A stretch of DNA of 63,445 bases, the filler included, from Octopus bimaculoides (Eukaryota): the NCBI RefSeq assembly GCF_001194135.2. It is 7 parts of 6 records of this genome, joined end to end, with 100 filler letters (N's around TTAATTAATTAA, not from the genome) between each part and the next. Parts side by side here need not be neighbours in the genome. Positions count along the whole stretch, not along the records: positions 44,051 to 56,211 come from NC_068985.1; positions 56,312 to 57,676 come from NC_068996.1; positions 57,777 to 61,204 come from NC_068985.1; positions 61,305 to 63,445 come from NW_026439150.1; 3 more parts are not named here. One strand, 5' to 3'. Below, piece after piece: positions 52,320-63,445 of this stretch. Below the pieces are notes generated by a model. That model was given only the letters and a program-made list of their open reading frames with translations. It did not search any database and was not told where the DNA came from. Both the position numbers and the translations under genes were made by a program. How positions within the stretch are numbered: the first letter of the stretch is position 1; every line of letters starts with the position of its first letter.

Positions 52320-53894
52320 AGGCATAAAAGACAGTAGGGATTACACTGGATATTGAAACCCAATGTTTTAAAAAGATTTGATACGGAAGTAAAACTAAAT
52401 TATATTGCCGGAACATTAAATCTTGCAACGTCTACAGTGGGAACAATACGTGACAACAGAGAGAAAATTATGTCAAGTGTTCAAGATTCTACTCTGTTAA
52501 CTTCTTCTTTCTTGCCTTTAACCCTCCAACGTGGAGTATAGGCCACTTATAATTGAATTCCATGTCGCATAATTTCTCGCTTCTGTACTTATACTCTTCC
52601 ATGAATGTCCCCCTTTCTCTAGTTCCTTTTGTGTTGATCTACGCCACGAGTTCTTAGGCCTACCCTTCTTTCTATATCCATCCGGATTCCACTGTAAAGC
52701 ACTTTTCGCTACATTTGGTGTCCTTTCTAAGTGTGCTACCAATCTACTTCCACTTTTTCTTAAATATTTGCTCTCTAATCGAAACTTGATTCGTTCTTTG
52801 CCATAGCTCCATATTGCTTATGTGTTCGGGCCATCTGATTTTAAGTATACTACGCAAGCATCTGTTGATGAATGATTGTATTTGCTTATTTGACTTAACT
52901 GTTGTTCGCCATGTCTCAGCCCAATACAATGGTGTTAAAAATAGTGGAAAAATAAGGTCCAGGAAGTTAACAGAGATAGTTGACAAGTCTCTGTTTACTT
53001 ACTGGACCTTATTTTTCCATCGATCTTGATATAATGCTTAAAATCGAACGACTTTTGAGCGTGTGAACCAAGGCTCAGAATCGGCGTAATGTGCCGATAA
53101 GCACGATGGTAAATGAATAAAAACGAAGGAAAGGGTTTTACAAAGGATGTAGGACTTGACTGAGTTGTTAGTGTCCCAAGAGAAAAAGTCTATCTAACGA
53201 GCAGTTGATACTTTTAGAAAAACAAGCTGATAATACAGATGAAACAACAGAAGTTCTACTTAAATTGGGTACAAAAATTATCGCTTCAGCGTTGGCACTT
53301 ATTAGGAAAGGTCTAATGGTTTTTACTGACAATGATCTTAATCGTGAATGTAACATAAAAATTAAAAGAAGAGTTTATAATGAGCTCAGTTCTTATATTG
53401 AACTGTGCAAAGAAATGATGCGTCATAAACAACAGACAACTTTGGATAAGTTCTTCTCTCCTCAAGTTGATGTTGAACTATGATAATGAACTATAAGATA
53501 ATAAATATTGTCCTTCATCTGCCTAATAACGCTTATTCCACCACAACCCCTCACACAATAGTCAACATCTTTTGTGGTAAGAACGTATTCTTACGATTTA
53601 CGACTTTGTTAATTCCCCTAACGTATTCCTCTTGAAATGGTTTTGCATTTTTATGTATCTATATTGCATCGTGTATGTTTAGAAATTGTTATTTTCATGT
53701 ATAAAGGTGATGGTGACGCTTGTTTTTCTGTTATTTTATTGTGCTTTTTTTTTTCGTACCGGAAATGTCCTTAGGAATGCAATCTCACTTGATGCTACGA
53801 AAAATCAATATGGAAATTAACTTCGCATTACGGAATTTCGCGTTGCGTCCAGATTTTCAGGATCGCATTACTTCTGTAAAGCGAGAGATTCCTG
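52320..53894 (+). mobile_element. Internally deleted Tigger/pogo element
   Basis: CENP-B-type HTH (ITLDI.PNVLKRF...LNLATSTVGTIRDNREKI), C-terminal KQQTTLDKFF, and a 3' TIR-like end ..aaagcgagagattcctg. Confidence 0.75.
52504..52944 (-). mobile_element. 5'-truncated RTE-clade LINE inserted in the Tigger
   Basis: YWAETW..T.K..KQIQSFINRCLRSILKIRWPEHISN.ELW.RT, ALQWNP.G.RK.GRPKNSWRR, and an AAG-repeat tail. TSD ctctgtt(a/t)actt at 52492 and 52989. Confidence 0.88.
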
Positions 53895-54444
53895 CATTGT
53901 GCAAAGTAGGATACCCTGTAACGAGGAAAGAGATCCTGTTTTTGAAATTGGTTAATTTACATACGATGCGTTAAAGTAGTTTTGTTATTTCATTTTTTTT
54001 TATGCCGTTTGACAAAGATTAAACATACTCTGCTTCACAATTGTATTAATTTCTACCTGTTTTTGCTAAATAAAATCATGCTCCACACTTTTCTTCGCTT
54101 AGTTTTTATCCTACAAACATTATACAGCATACAGAGGCGCCCGGGGCAATTGCTCTCTTTGACCTCCTATAAATCCAGCCCTAATCGCACCCCCTGGAAT
54201 GCCATCTCGCACCCCCTAGAATGCTATCTCGCACCCCTGGTTGGGAAACCCTATTTTAGATGTATTTATTGCAAGAAATAGCTGGGTTTCTTTCTTTAAA
54301 ATTTTACATAGGTCAACCAACATAAGTTAATATTTGAAAAGCAAAATAAAAATGTTAAAAGAAGTTTCTATAAAACTAATTTTTATACATTGAATGGCTA
54401 TTGGGGTGGGGGTTCCACCAGAATAAAATAGTACCCAGGGGCTT

Positions 54445-54680
54445 TTTTTGGCCATGAATGATCATGGGATTGCACCTAAAAAATTCTCCTCCGAGGCACA
54501 AGTCTGAGCAAGGTTTTTTTTTTATGGAAGACCAGCAGTTACCTATGCATACCATCCACCCCTCTTCATGCCACTGATGTTATCCAAGGTAAAGGCAAAG
54601 AGGCCGATACAGCTTGGTACCAGTGACGTAGCAACTCATTTCTACAGCTGAGTAAACTGGAACAACGTGAAATAAAATGG
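54445..54680 (-). mobile_element. SINE body and tail (same family as 37455-37787)
   Basis: Shared blocks catgaatgatcatgggattgcacc and gcaactcatttctacagctgagtaaactggaacaacgtgaaataaa. Confidence 0.75.
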
Positions 54681-57600
54681 TTCTGAAACCTTGCAATACA
54701 AACTACAGTATAATCGGCGTACAGCAAGGCATTCTCGGATTTCTGGAAGCTAGATACGAGGTCCGGTACTGTACAAGAAATTCGATATTATGACACAGAC
54801 ACCAAGATCGTCGAGCAAGAGATTCAGTATTTTTAACCTGTCTTCTATAAAGACATGCTTCCATGCCATAATTAGTTGAGTATTGTTAGCGAAAATAACA
54901 ATTTAAAGTAATTGCATGTATTTTTTTAAATACTTTTTTTCTGGATGCTATTTGGACTAATTGAGTTCACGAGTGTGTATGTGTGTGTGTTTACGTTTGT
55001 ATATATGTACGTACATATATATATATATGCACGTGTGATCGTGTTCGTCTAGACGTGTGTTAGTGTGAAAGTGTGTTTGTATGTATGTATCTGTGAGTGT
55101 TTCTGTTTGCATATATGTACGTACATATATATGAGTGTTTGTGTTTGTCTAGGTGTGTGTTAGTGTGTAAATGTATGTATGTATGTATGCATGTGTGTGT
55201 GTTAAGTTTGCATAAATGTACACACATACACATATATATATATATATGTGAGCATGTGTTTGTCTAGGCGTGTGTATGTATGTATGTGTGTGTGTGTGTT
55301 TGTGTTTTTCTAGGTGTGTTAGTGTGTAAGTGCATGTATGTATGATGTATGTATGTATGTATGTATGTATGTAGGTGTGTGTGTTTGTGTGCGTGTGTGT
55401 GTGTGTTAGGTAGAGTTTAAAGTATTTTAAATTAAAAAACGCATGTAAAACAACCATCTATTACAGAAAAAAAAAACATCCCGCGAAAGACTCTGCTTAA
55501 GCAACAAAAAATTGAAAATGTTCTCCCTAAAGACTAAACGAAAAATAGTTAGGTGCACACTCGTGTGTGTGCATATATCATCACGTGTGTATGCGTGCGT
55601 GTATGTGGTTGTGTATGCATGTGCATGTGTGTGTATTTGTGTGTATATGTATGTGGCTTTGTGTGTGTGTACGTGAATGTGACCGAGTGTATGTGCACGG
55701 GTATGTATGTCTATGTGTATATATGTATGCGTAAATGTGTCTATGTACATATGTGTATGTATGCGTATGTGTGCGTATGTATATATGTACATGTATGGTT
55801 GTGTGCATATGCGTATAGGTATATGGGTGTTTTGCATCATTTTTTTTTTTTCCTGTTGGCTTTTAAAAGACTTTACTTTCGATTCAGCATTGCCTCCACC
55901 TGAAATAAATAAGCAAAGCAACAATAACGAAAAGAAAAAAACAAACAAACAAACAAACAAACAAAGCAAACACAACAACAACAACAACGACAACAGAAAA
56001 CTAACATAAATGCTACAGTTAAAAACAAAACATTATGTTGTTTGTTTAATTTGTGTGATATTAATTTTTGAATATATTGATTTTGGCAATCAATTTTAAT
56101 TGGTGTGACAGTTCTTTTCAAATGAAAGACAATTGTTAAAAAGAACAATTTTAAGCATCAGCAGTGTTTGTGTTACCGAGAAGTGTTTATTATATATATA
56201 TATATATATATNNNNNNNNNNNNNNNNNNNNNNNNNNNNNNNNNNNNNNNNNNNNTTAATTAATTAANNNNNNNNNNNNNNNNNNNNNNNNNNNNNNNNN
56301 NNNNNNNNNNNTATATAGATAGAGATATATATACTGGTCTCGAAGTTTGAAAGTGTTTCGGTACCAAAAACACTACAAAAAAGATGTTGCCCGTCAAACC
56401 CCAAAGATCCATATATATACTGGTCTGTATATTGTTCGTTTCGTGTGTGCAGGTCTATAGTCATGTATGTGTGTGTGTGTGTGTGTATACACATACATAC
56501 AGGCATATATACACACATACATTCCGGTTTATTTCTTTATTTATGTGTGTATGTATGTATGTATGTATGTATATATGTATGTATGTATGTGGATGTATAT
56601 TTATGAGTGAATAAACAGTCGCATGACATCAGTCATTTCTCTTCCTCCTCGACTCCACAATCTTTATCTTCTTCTTGGAACATAACACTCTACTTTGTCA
56701 TCATCTTACGGTCAGGCGACTTTCCCAGACCAAAACAACTCTTCCACGCCAAATGACCAGAACAAGCAATACGACATGAATATTTGGCTTGACTTTCATT
56801 CCCATTGGTCTTTCACTTGCGGAAATGTCTCATTTGCTCAGACCACGACTACAGATGATAGCAGTTATTCACTAACTGAACTGGTTGATCCTGGCCATTG
56901 ACAGTTTGTTGTCTATTCCTCCTTTCAGCATCCGGTGATTTCGCCATTGACTCAATAAGCTTACATCCATCATGTTGCATCCCAATGGTTCCTATTTGAA
57001 CCCTGGAAAGATCCGAACCCTGTTTCGGATGTAACTGGGTACTTCACTATTAAAACGCTGAAATTTTCTTTGAAATGACCCAGCATAACCACGTTCTACT
57101 TTATCTATTACAACCTCGCTATAATAAACAAATTTTACGATATTTCACCCACTCGCCCAGGCAAATACCCAAATTTACGAACTGATTAATAAGTGGAAAT
57201 TGTAAAATGATATGATAAAGATACGATTAAACTGTCGATGTATATCTTCTTTAGCACTTCTAACGATAACTTCTTTCCTGAATTTATTAAACACTATCCA
57301 AATAGTTCATCCGTATATCTTTATGCAAGTAAACTCATCTGCTTTGTAATTGTATTTATCTGTAGTAACGCCTGCACATGCGTAGAATTAAACAAGCAAG
57401 CGTTTCCCGCTCAATTCATTCTCTTTCTCGCTGGCCAGCGATTGAGCATGGACGTGTGTTTAAAAGCTGTCCCTACATCTTTCGGTCTTATACTCGACAG
57501 CTCGTTATTCTCACCTCTAAAGATGTATAACTAAAGATATGTATGTTTTACCAAGTAAATAAATGTTGTTTGAGTTGTTTAGTCTGGAGTTCAGCGTTCC

Positions 57601-59498
57601 GTCTATTTCTTTAATTTTATAGTAGAAAGTCAGGTATACAATCTAAAGATGTATAACCCACTTTCTACTAAATATCNNNNNNNNNNNNNNNNNNNNNNNN
57701 NNNNNNNNNNNNNNNNNNNNTTAATTAATTAANNNNNNNNNNNNNNNNNNNNNNNNNNNNNNNNNNNNNNNNNNNNGGCACTTATTCCATGGATATCTTT
57801 TATTGAACCCTTAACTTATTGCGATGTAAACAAACTAATACCGATTGTCAAATGGTGATTGGGGGCAAACATAAATACACATTCATAGATATATACATAC
57901 ATGGTTAACGTGTCGTTTAGTCATAATAAAGTGAAAGTAAATTGTCCGGAAAAAAAAAAAAAAGAAATTGCGATACACTGCAAAAGTAACGACGACATAT
58001 CTGATAGAGGGGCTTCAAATGTAGGGGTTTCATCTACTTCTATACTCATGAAATTGTTAACCATTCACTCAAACTACGACAACATCCATACACAGACTGT
58101 AGATGGGCGATGGTTGTTCACCATGAAAAAACTAAGGCGGAATGTGAGACTAGTGATTTATTTACTATCATCATCATGTGTGACGATACGAATTTAGAAA
58201 TCGGGAAAAACCATTTACGAATCTCATTTCATGTATCAATAACTATTGTTTTTCCATAAATGTAAATATTTTCATCTTATAGAAAATATATCTACGGTTT
58301 TCATGTTATATGAAATATATATATGCAAGTCCTAGATATTCGTTATGTCTGTGGTGACTTGTACACAGGGCAAAACTAAAACTGATGGGGACAACATTTT
58401 GTCCCAGGATTTAATACTAAATTAGGGGTGCGACTTATATACGAGTAAATACCAATATATATATATATATATATACTAGACTAGACTACCTGTGACCCAT
58501 TGGGTCACTGGGTAAGTGAGTTTCCCAGCAACAGAGTTCTGTTTCGCGCTTTTTTTTTTTGCACGCGCAACAATTTTTACAGCTTATCCGAATGAACAGA
58601 GAAAGTACACAGAAATATATTTTACGTACCTGTCGTATACGTCGGTTTTGTTTTTTCGTTTTAAAGGTAAACGATTCTGATAGAAGCAATTAGATTTGGT
58701 GGTGGGGGAAGGGGAGGAATTAAAGATGTTGAAAACGTGGTCTTTTGCATATTCGGAATCTCCGTCATNNNNNNNNNNNNNNNNNNNNNNNNNNNNNNNN
58801 NNNNNNNNNNNNNNNNNNNNNNNNNNNNNNNNNNNNNNNNNNNNNNNNNNNNNNNNNNNNNNNNNNNNNNNNNNNNNNNNNNNNNNNNNNNNNNNNNNNN
58901 NNNNNNNNNNNNNNNNNNNNNNNNNNNNNNNNNNNNNNNNNNNNNNNNNNNNNNNNNNNNNNNNNNNNNNNNNNNNNNNNNNNNNNNNNNNNNNNNNNNN
59001 NNNNNNNNNNNNNNNNNNNNNNNNNNNNNNNNNNNNNNNNNNNNNNNNNNNNNNNNNNNNNNNNNNNNNNNNNNNNNNNNNNNNNNNNNNNNNNNNNNNN
59101 NNNNNNNNNNNNNNNNNNNNNNNNNNNNNNNNNNNNNNNNNNNNNNNNNNNNNNNNNNNNNNGGGGGGGGGTTCAGATTACATATAGTCCGTCTCTGCCC
59201 AAAAATGAATGTAACAGAATTATATTGCAAATATATTTAATCTACCGTGTAGATGTTTTAGCACCAACGTATAATCCAATGATATTCAGAATACATTAAA
59301 CTAGCACAAACAATAAAATTTAAATAAGTTGGATAGCAAATCTAATTAACAAATGTATTGTGGTTCAGTTTCCAATTAACCAAATATTTTGTTGAATGGG
59401 TCCAATAATAAAATATTAATATATGATATATATTATTAAGTGTTCCGACTCGTAAAATACTTCAACATTAAAAACATCAGTAACACGGACCATTGTGG

Positions 59499-60347
59499 TT
59501 ACTGCTTCTTTTCTTCTTTATGCGCTTTGAAACGTAATTCTTTGGTCATAGTCGAACTTACAGAGGCAAGTTGTCCAGAATGGTTATTCTGATTATGTAT
59601 GTTGCTAAGCTGGACATTGAGTTGAGTCATAAGTTGATGTAGTTCAATTTTTAGACCATATTCTTTCAACACCGAACATAGCGTTTGAATAAAACAAGAT
59701 CTGTCCTTTGTACGAGACTCCGAACAAAACCCGGAAGAAACAATCAACAGATTTGCCCATAACGGAATCCTCGTATAATTAATCGATTTCTCTTTAGACG
59801 GGAATAATCCATCATGTTGGACGTTAACTTTTACAACAGGACTAGTATCAACGATGAAGAATTTTGGTTTTGCAGCGAGAGTCGAATTTTCTTTTTTAAT
59901 TAGTTCATTCAACAGAGAATCAAAACTGACGAAATCATCCGTGCCGTATATGTGGTCATCGTTTTCGCTATAAGTTAATATTGCGCATACAAAACAGCTA
60001 TAATCATTACTACGCGTCGACAGACTACTTATTAGATCTTTCATCTCTGCTACACTTTGATCCTTACGGAAAATAACTGTAAAGTTTAAATACGTCAGAG
60101 CTTCTTTCAGGTCTTCCGCATCTCTTTGAGAATTCCTTCGTGGAGCTATAGTTTGAGAATATAAACAGTTGTAGACAATAAGAGCCAGGCCAGGTTTGGT
60201 GGAGTTAGTGCCACACTCTACTGTAAAATGGTACTTTGAGTAATTTTTACTGAACTGCTCCGCGGAATTACTGGTAGAACCTTCTTGTGGAAAGTTAGAA
60301 CATTTCTTATGGATCCCATCGGTTGGATTCGAATCACTGTAATCCAT
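59499..60347 (-). CDS. Intronless caspase-3/7-like protein, predicted catalytically inactive (282 aa)
   Basis: Uninterrupted ORF with caspase p20 and p10 blocks: GLALIVYN, RRNSQRDAEDL..L..LNF, CFVCAILTYS, L..KPKFFIVDTS, IPLWANLLIVSS, SCFIQTLCSVL..YG..ELHQLMT, SSTMTKELRF. SHG is replaced by TYS and QACRG by DTSPV. Confidence 0.88.
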   Translation of the reverse strand: MDYSDSNPTDGIHKKCSNFPQEGSTSNSAEQFSKNYSKYHFTVECGTNSTKPGLALIVYNCLYSQTIAPRRNSQRDAEDLKEALTYLNFTVIFRKDQSVAEMKDLISSLSTRSNDYSCFVCAILTYSENDDHIYGTDDFVSFDSLLNELIKKENSTLAAKPKFFIVDTSPVVKVNVQHDGLFPSKEKSINYTRIPLWANLLIVSSGFCSESRTKDRSCFIQTLCSVLKEYGLKIELHQLMTQLNVQLSNIHNQNNHSGQLASVSSTMTKELRFKAHKEEKKQ

Positions 60348-60819
60348 AATTAGAATAACGTGCTTTATATTCAGACAAAATGTAGACGATGAAAAAAATG
60401 TAATATTATATAAAGTTAGAAATCAAATATTGCTAAAAAAAATAAGTTTGAGCATTAATAGCAGAATAAAACATACGGCACCTATTTACTACTAAATAGG
60501 TTTAATAAGGTGAGCGAGACACATGCTGAATAAGTGACGTTTGATTTCAAACTGAACTTGTTTCACAATTATAGTTCTCAACGTCACATCCGTTTGACTA
60601 TGTATGTATGCATTTATTTATATGTATAACGTAGAACAATCGGTTATTCTTGGTTGTTGATTAAACTCAGTCTGGTTGTGTTGTTTAGTAATTTATTACT
60701 TAGCTAGTTGTACGGTATTCTTCCATCTCACTCGCTATCCTTCGGAGCAACGCCTTTTCAATTTTGTCTGCTGGTGCCATAAGAAATGTTTCGGTATTAT
60801 TTGATTCTTTGTTGTTGGC

Positions 60820-61125
60820 ACTACGACGTCGAGGTTTCCAGTTGATCCAATCAACGGAACAGCCTGCTCGTGAAATTAATGTGCAAGTGGCTGAGCACTC
60901 CACAGACACGTGTACCCTTAACGTAGTTCTCGTGGATATTCAGCGTGACAAGGCTGGCCTTTAGAAATGCAGTACAACAGAAACAGGAAGTAAGAGAAAG
61001 TTGTGGTGGAAGAGTACAGCAGAATTCGCCACTATCCCCTGCCGGAGCCTCGTCTGGGAATCGAAACCGCGATCCTATGACGGCGAGTCCGCTGCCCTAA
61101 CCACTGGGCCATTGCGCCTCCACAT
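60820..61125. mobile_element. SINE fragments (tail block shared with 46560-46750, plus a minus-strand tRNA-like head)
   Basis: gcctgctcgtgaaattaa.gtgcaagtggctgagca.tccacagacac occurs at both sites. The minus-strand head reads ggcgcaatggcccagtggttagggcagcgg..ggtttcgattccc. Confidence 0.7.
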
Positions 61126-61304
61126 TTGATTCTTTCACCTGCACGATATTCACTAAGAGGTCAGGGTAGTTGATTCCACGCAAAAAATCCGAGTTTTATT
61201 ATTTNNNNNNNNNNNNNNNNNNNNNNNNNNNNNNNNNNNNNNNNNNNNTTAATTAATTAANNNNNNNNNNNNNNNNNNNNNNNNNNNNNNNNNNNNNNNN
61301 NNNN

Positions 61305-62831
61305 GGCTGTATCTCTATGGGCAGACCTGAAGGCATGTAGTAAGGCTGTCGAAAGAAGGTACTGGTTAAAAGTGCTTATATGCTAAATTTACTTTTTAAA
61401 TTTCAGAGTTATTTTATTTGTAAATCAAATTTACAGTAACGGGATGTAGGTAATTTTAACTTGTGTATATCTGATATGCTTTAGATCTAGATTAGCAACA
61501 GTCAGTGCTACTATCACCAACTGAAAATCCAGGTTAGCCTAGTAACTGATGGTTTTGGGGGTCTTGTTGTTTGTCACTCTTGGTGAGTCCTTGACAGTAT
61601 ACAACTAAGCTATTACTGTACATATATATTCATTTGTTATGTCACATGCTAAAAGAAACAGGCTCATTGCTGGTTCCACTCCAGTACCCTGTGTGGGGCA
61701 TCGACCTTGGGAAAATGTAGACCTTATTAAATATGCAGGGACCCCGAAATTTATGCCCTCTTAAGGGGTTATTGCTTAATAATTTTTTTAAAAATCTCTG
61801 TAAATGTAGTGTTAGAGGGAAGAATAATGTGATTAGGGGATATATTGGGAGCACTATTGATTTTCAAAGGAGATATAGGTTCCACATGAGCTCATTTTCG
61901 AATGCCAAATACTCCAATTCTACTGCATTGGCATATTATATTCATGATTTGAAGAGGAGGAATATGAGCTACATTCTTGAGTAGTTATAAAATTAAAATC
62001 AGATGCTTCAGAGGCCCACCTGAGCTGTGATCTTGAATTGAATCTGTAGCAAATTTTCTTTCATCTAAATTTAATTATTGACCTTTGAAATGGACAAGTC
62101 TTCACTTGAATCCACTGAATTCTTCTTTTGTCTGTTTATGCAATTGAACAATAACCAGAACTNNNNNNNNNNNNNNNNNNNNNNNNNNNNNNNNNNNNNN
62201 NNNNNNNNNNNNNNNNNNNNNNNNNNNNNNNNNNNNNNNNNNNNNNNNNNNNNNNNNNNNNNNNNNNNNNNNNNNNNNNNNNNNNNNNNNNNNNNNNNNN
62301 NNNNNNNNNNNNNNNNNNNNNNNNNNNNNNNNNNNNNNNNNNNNNNNNNNNNTTTAGTTCCATTGCCTTAAATTTTTAGTGATGTATATTATTCATTCCA
62401 TGTATTTTTCTTTGTTCGACTTGTGTTACCCTTTTAGCTTTTATTCGTGCATATGTGTATACTGTTAGCTTTTACCATTTGGGGCCCTGTTGCTTTGACC
62501 AGAGGACACCTCCTCAGCTACATTTTGGTGTAAATAGTTTGAGGTTTAGTTCAGTAGAAAAAGGGTTTATTTTTGGTAAATCAAATTTATATTAATGGGA
62601 TGTAGGTAGATATGCTTTTACAATTACTGTTGTAGTGAATAATTATTGATAGATGTAGATTAGCAACAGTCAGTGCTACTATCACCAACTGAAAATCCAG
62701 GTTAGCCTAGTAACTGATGGTTTTGGGGGTCTTGTTGTTTGTCACTCTTGGTGAGTCCTTGACAGTATACAACTAAGCTATTACTGTACACATATATTCA
62801 TTTGTTATGTCACATGCTAAAAGAAACAGGC
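61305..62831 (+). mobile_element. Neptune-type PLE remnant (GIY-YIG fragment) between two 176-bp direct repeats
   Basis: ORF 61733-61984 reads GYIGSTIDFQRRYRFHMSSF..KYSNSTALAYYI. The repeats at 61488-61663 and 62656-62831 differ at one base. Confidence 0.7.
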
Positions 62832-63324
62832 GTCTGGTTTCAGTCCCAATGCAGATATATGTGCGTCTGTGTTGGTGTTTACATCCTCATGAAAGACACA
62901 AAATGAGTAGCAGGCTATTCTGGTAAGAAAGCTTAGCAAGAGCCTATGTATACATTTTAATGAAAATATATTTCGTTTTCGCCAGATTAGATTTGTTTCA
63001 TTAAATTACCAAATTTCTCGTCAAAGGTTAAATCCACATTTTCCTATCCTGCCCCAACCCCAACATAGAATACTTTCTTCCTTGTATTTTCAATCAATAA
63101 AATCCACGTCTATCTCTCAGTTTCAAAGTTGTCGCAGTGTTTCTGTCATGTGCTGTGAAAAAGGGGTAAGTGATACGAGGGATCATACAGCACTGCTTCA
63201 TACAAACCTATACAACCCATGGGCCTGCAGATGACATGGAAAGGTAGGCACACTCTTATATAAATATATATACACACACACATATGTTTAAGTGTCGTTA
63301 CTACATATTTAGTTTCTATATAAT

Positions 63325-63445
63325 ATATACATACACACATTACTTGATTCATAATATAAACACATACATTACTCGATTCATATATACAGACATTCCTTGA
63401 TTCATAATATATACACACATTACTCGATTCATAATATATATACAC
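63325..63445. repeat. Degenerate minisatellite (about 25-30-nt unit, cattactcgattcataatatatacaca)
   Basis: About four copies are visible up to the window end. Confidence 0.7.

Noticed and set aside
56620-57100. Possible LINE RT remnant (TDDSSY, LNPGKIRTLF)
   Set aside because: The motifs are too weak to assign by eye; a profile search is needed.
59841-59972. Idea that A-to-I RNA editing restores the caspase active site
   Set aside because: Tyr TAT to His CAT needs U-to-C and Ser AGT to Cys TGT needs A-to-U. A-to-G editing can produce neither.
61040-61125. tRNA genes at SINE heads (here and at 37720-37787)
   Set aside because: A/B boxes are present, but no complete cloverleaf is evident and the heads are attached to repeat bodies.

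Overview
AT-rich, microsatellite-laden animal genomic DNA from a draft assembly. The tRNA-derived and CORE-type SINE families look like those of octopod cephalopods (inference, not verified). Six fixed 100-bp gaps carrying a TTAATTAATTAA linker split the window into seven blocks whose adjacency is not guaranteed. Most of the sequence is decayed transposons: Tx1/L1, R4/Dong-like, CR1-type and RTE LINEs, Penelope-like elements, a Gypsy element, a Helitron, Tigger/pogo, mariner, hAT, a Merlin-like MITE and many SINEs. Three host-gene pieces are supportable: (1) two phase-compatible minus-strand exons encoding a Thr-rich mucin stalk plus a MIDAS-less VWA domain (9590-9246 joined to 6111-5525); (2) a plus-strand terminal exon of an unidentified protein (47041-47518); (3) an intact, intronless 282-aa caspase-3/7-like ORF with both catalytic residues replaced (60347-59499). 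The most notable non-coding observations are a TIR element carrying a telomere-like array, minimal hammerhead ribozyme folds in Penelope-type ends, and inverted copies of target DNA at the 5' junctions of two retroinsertions.
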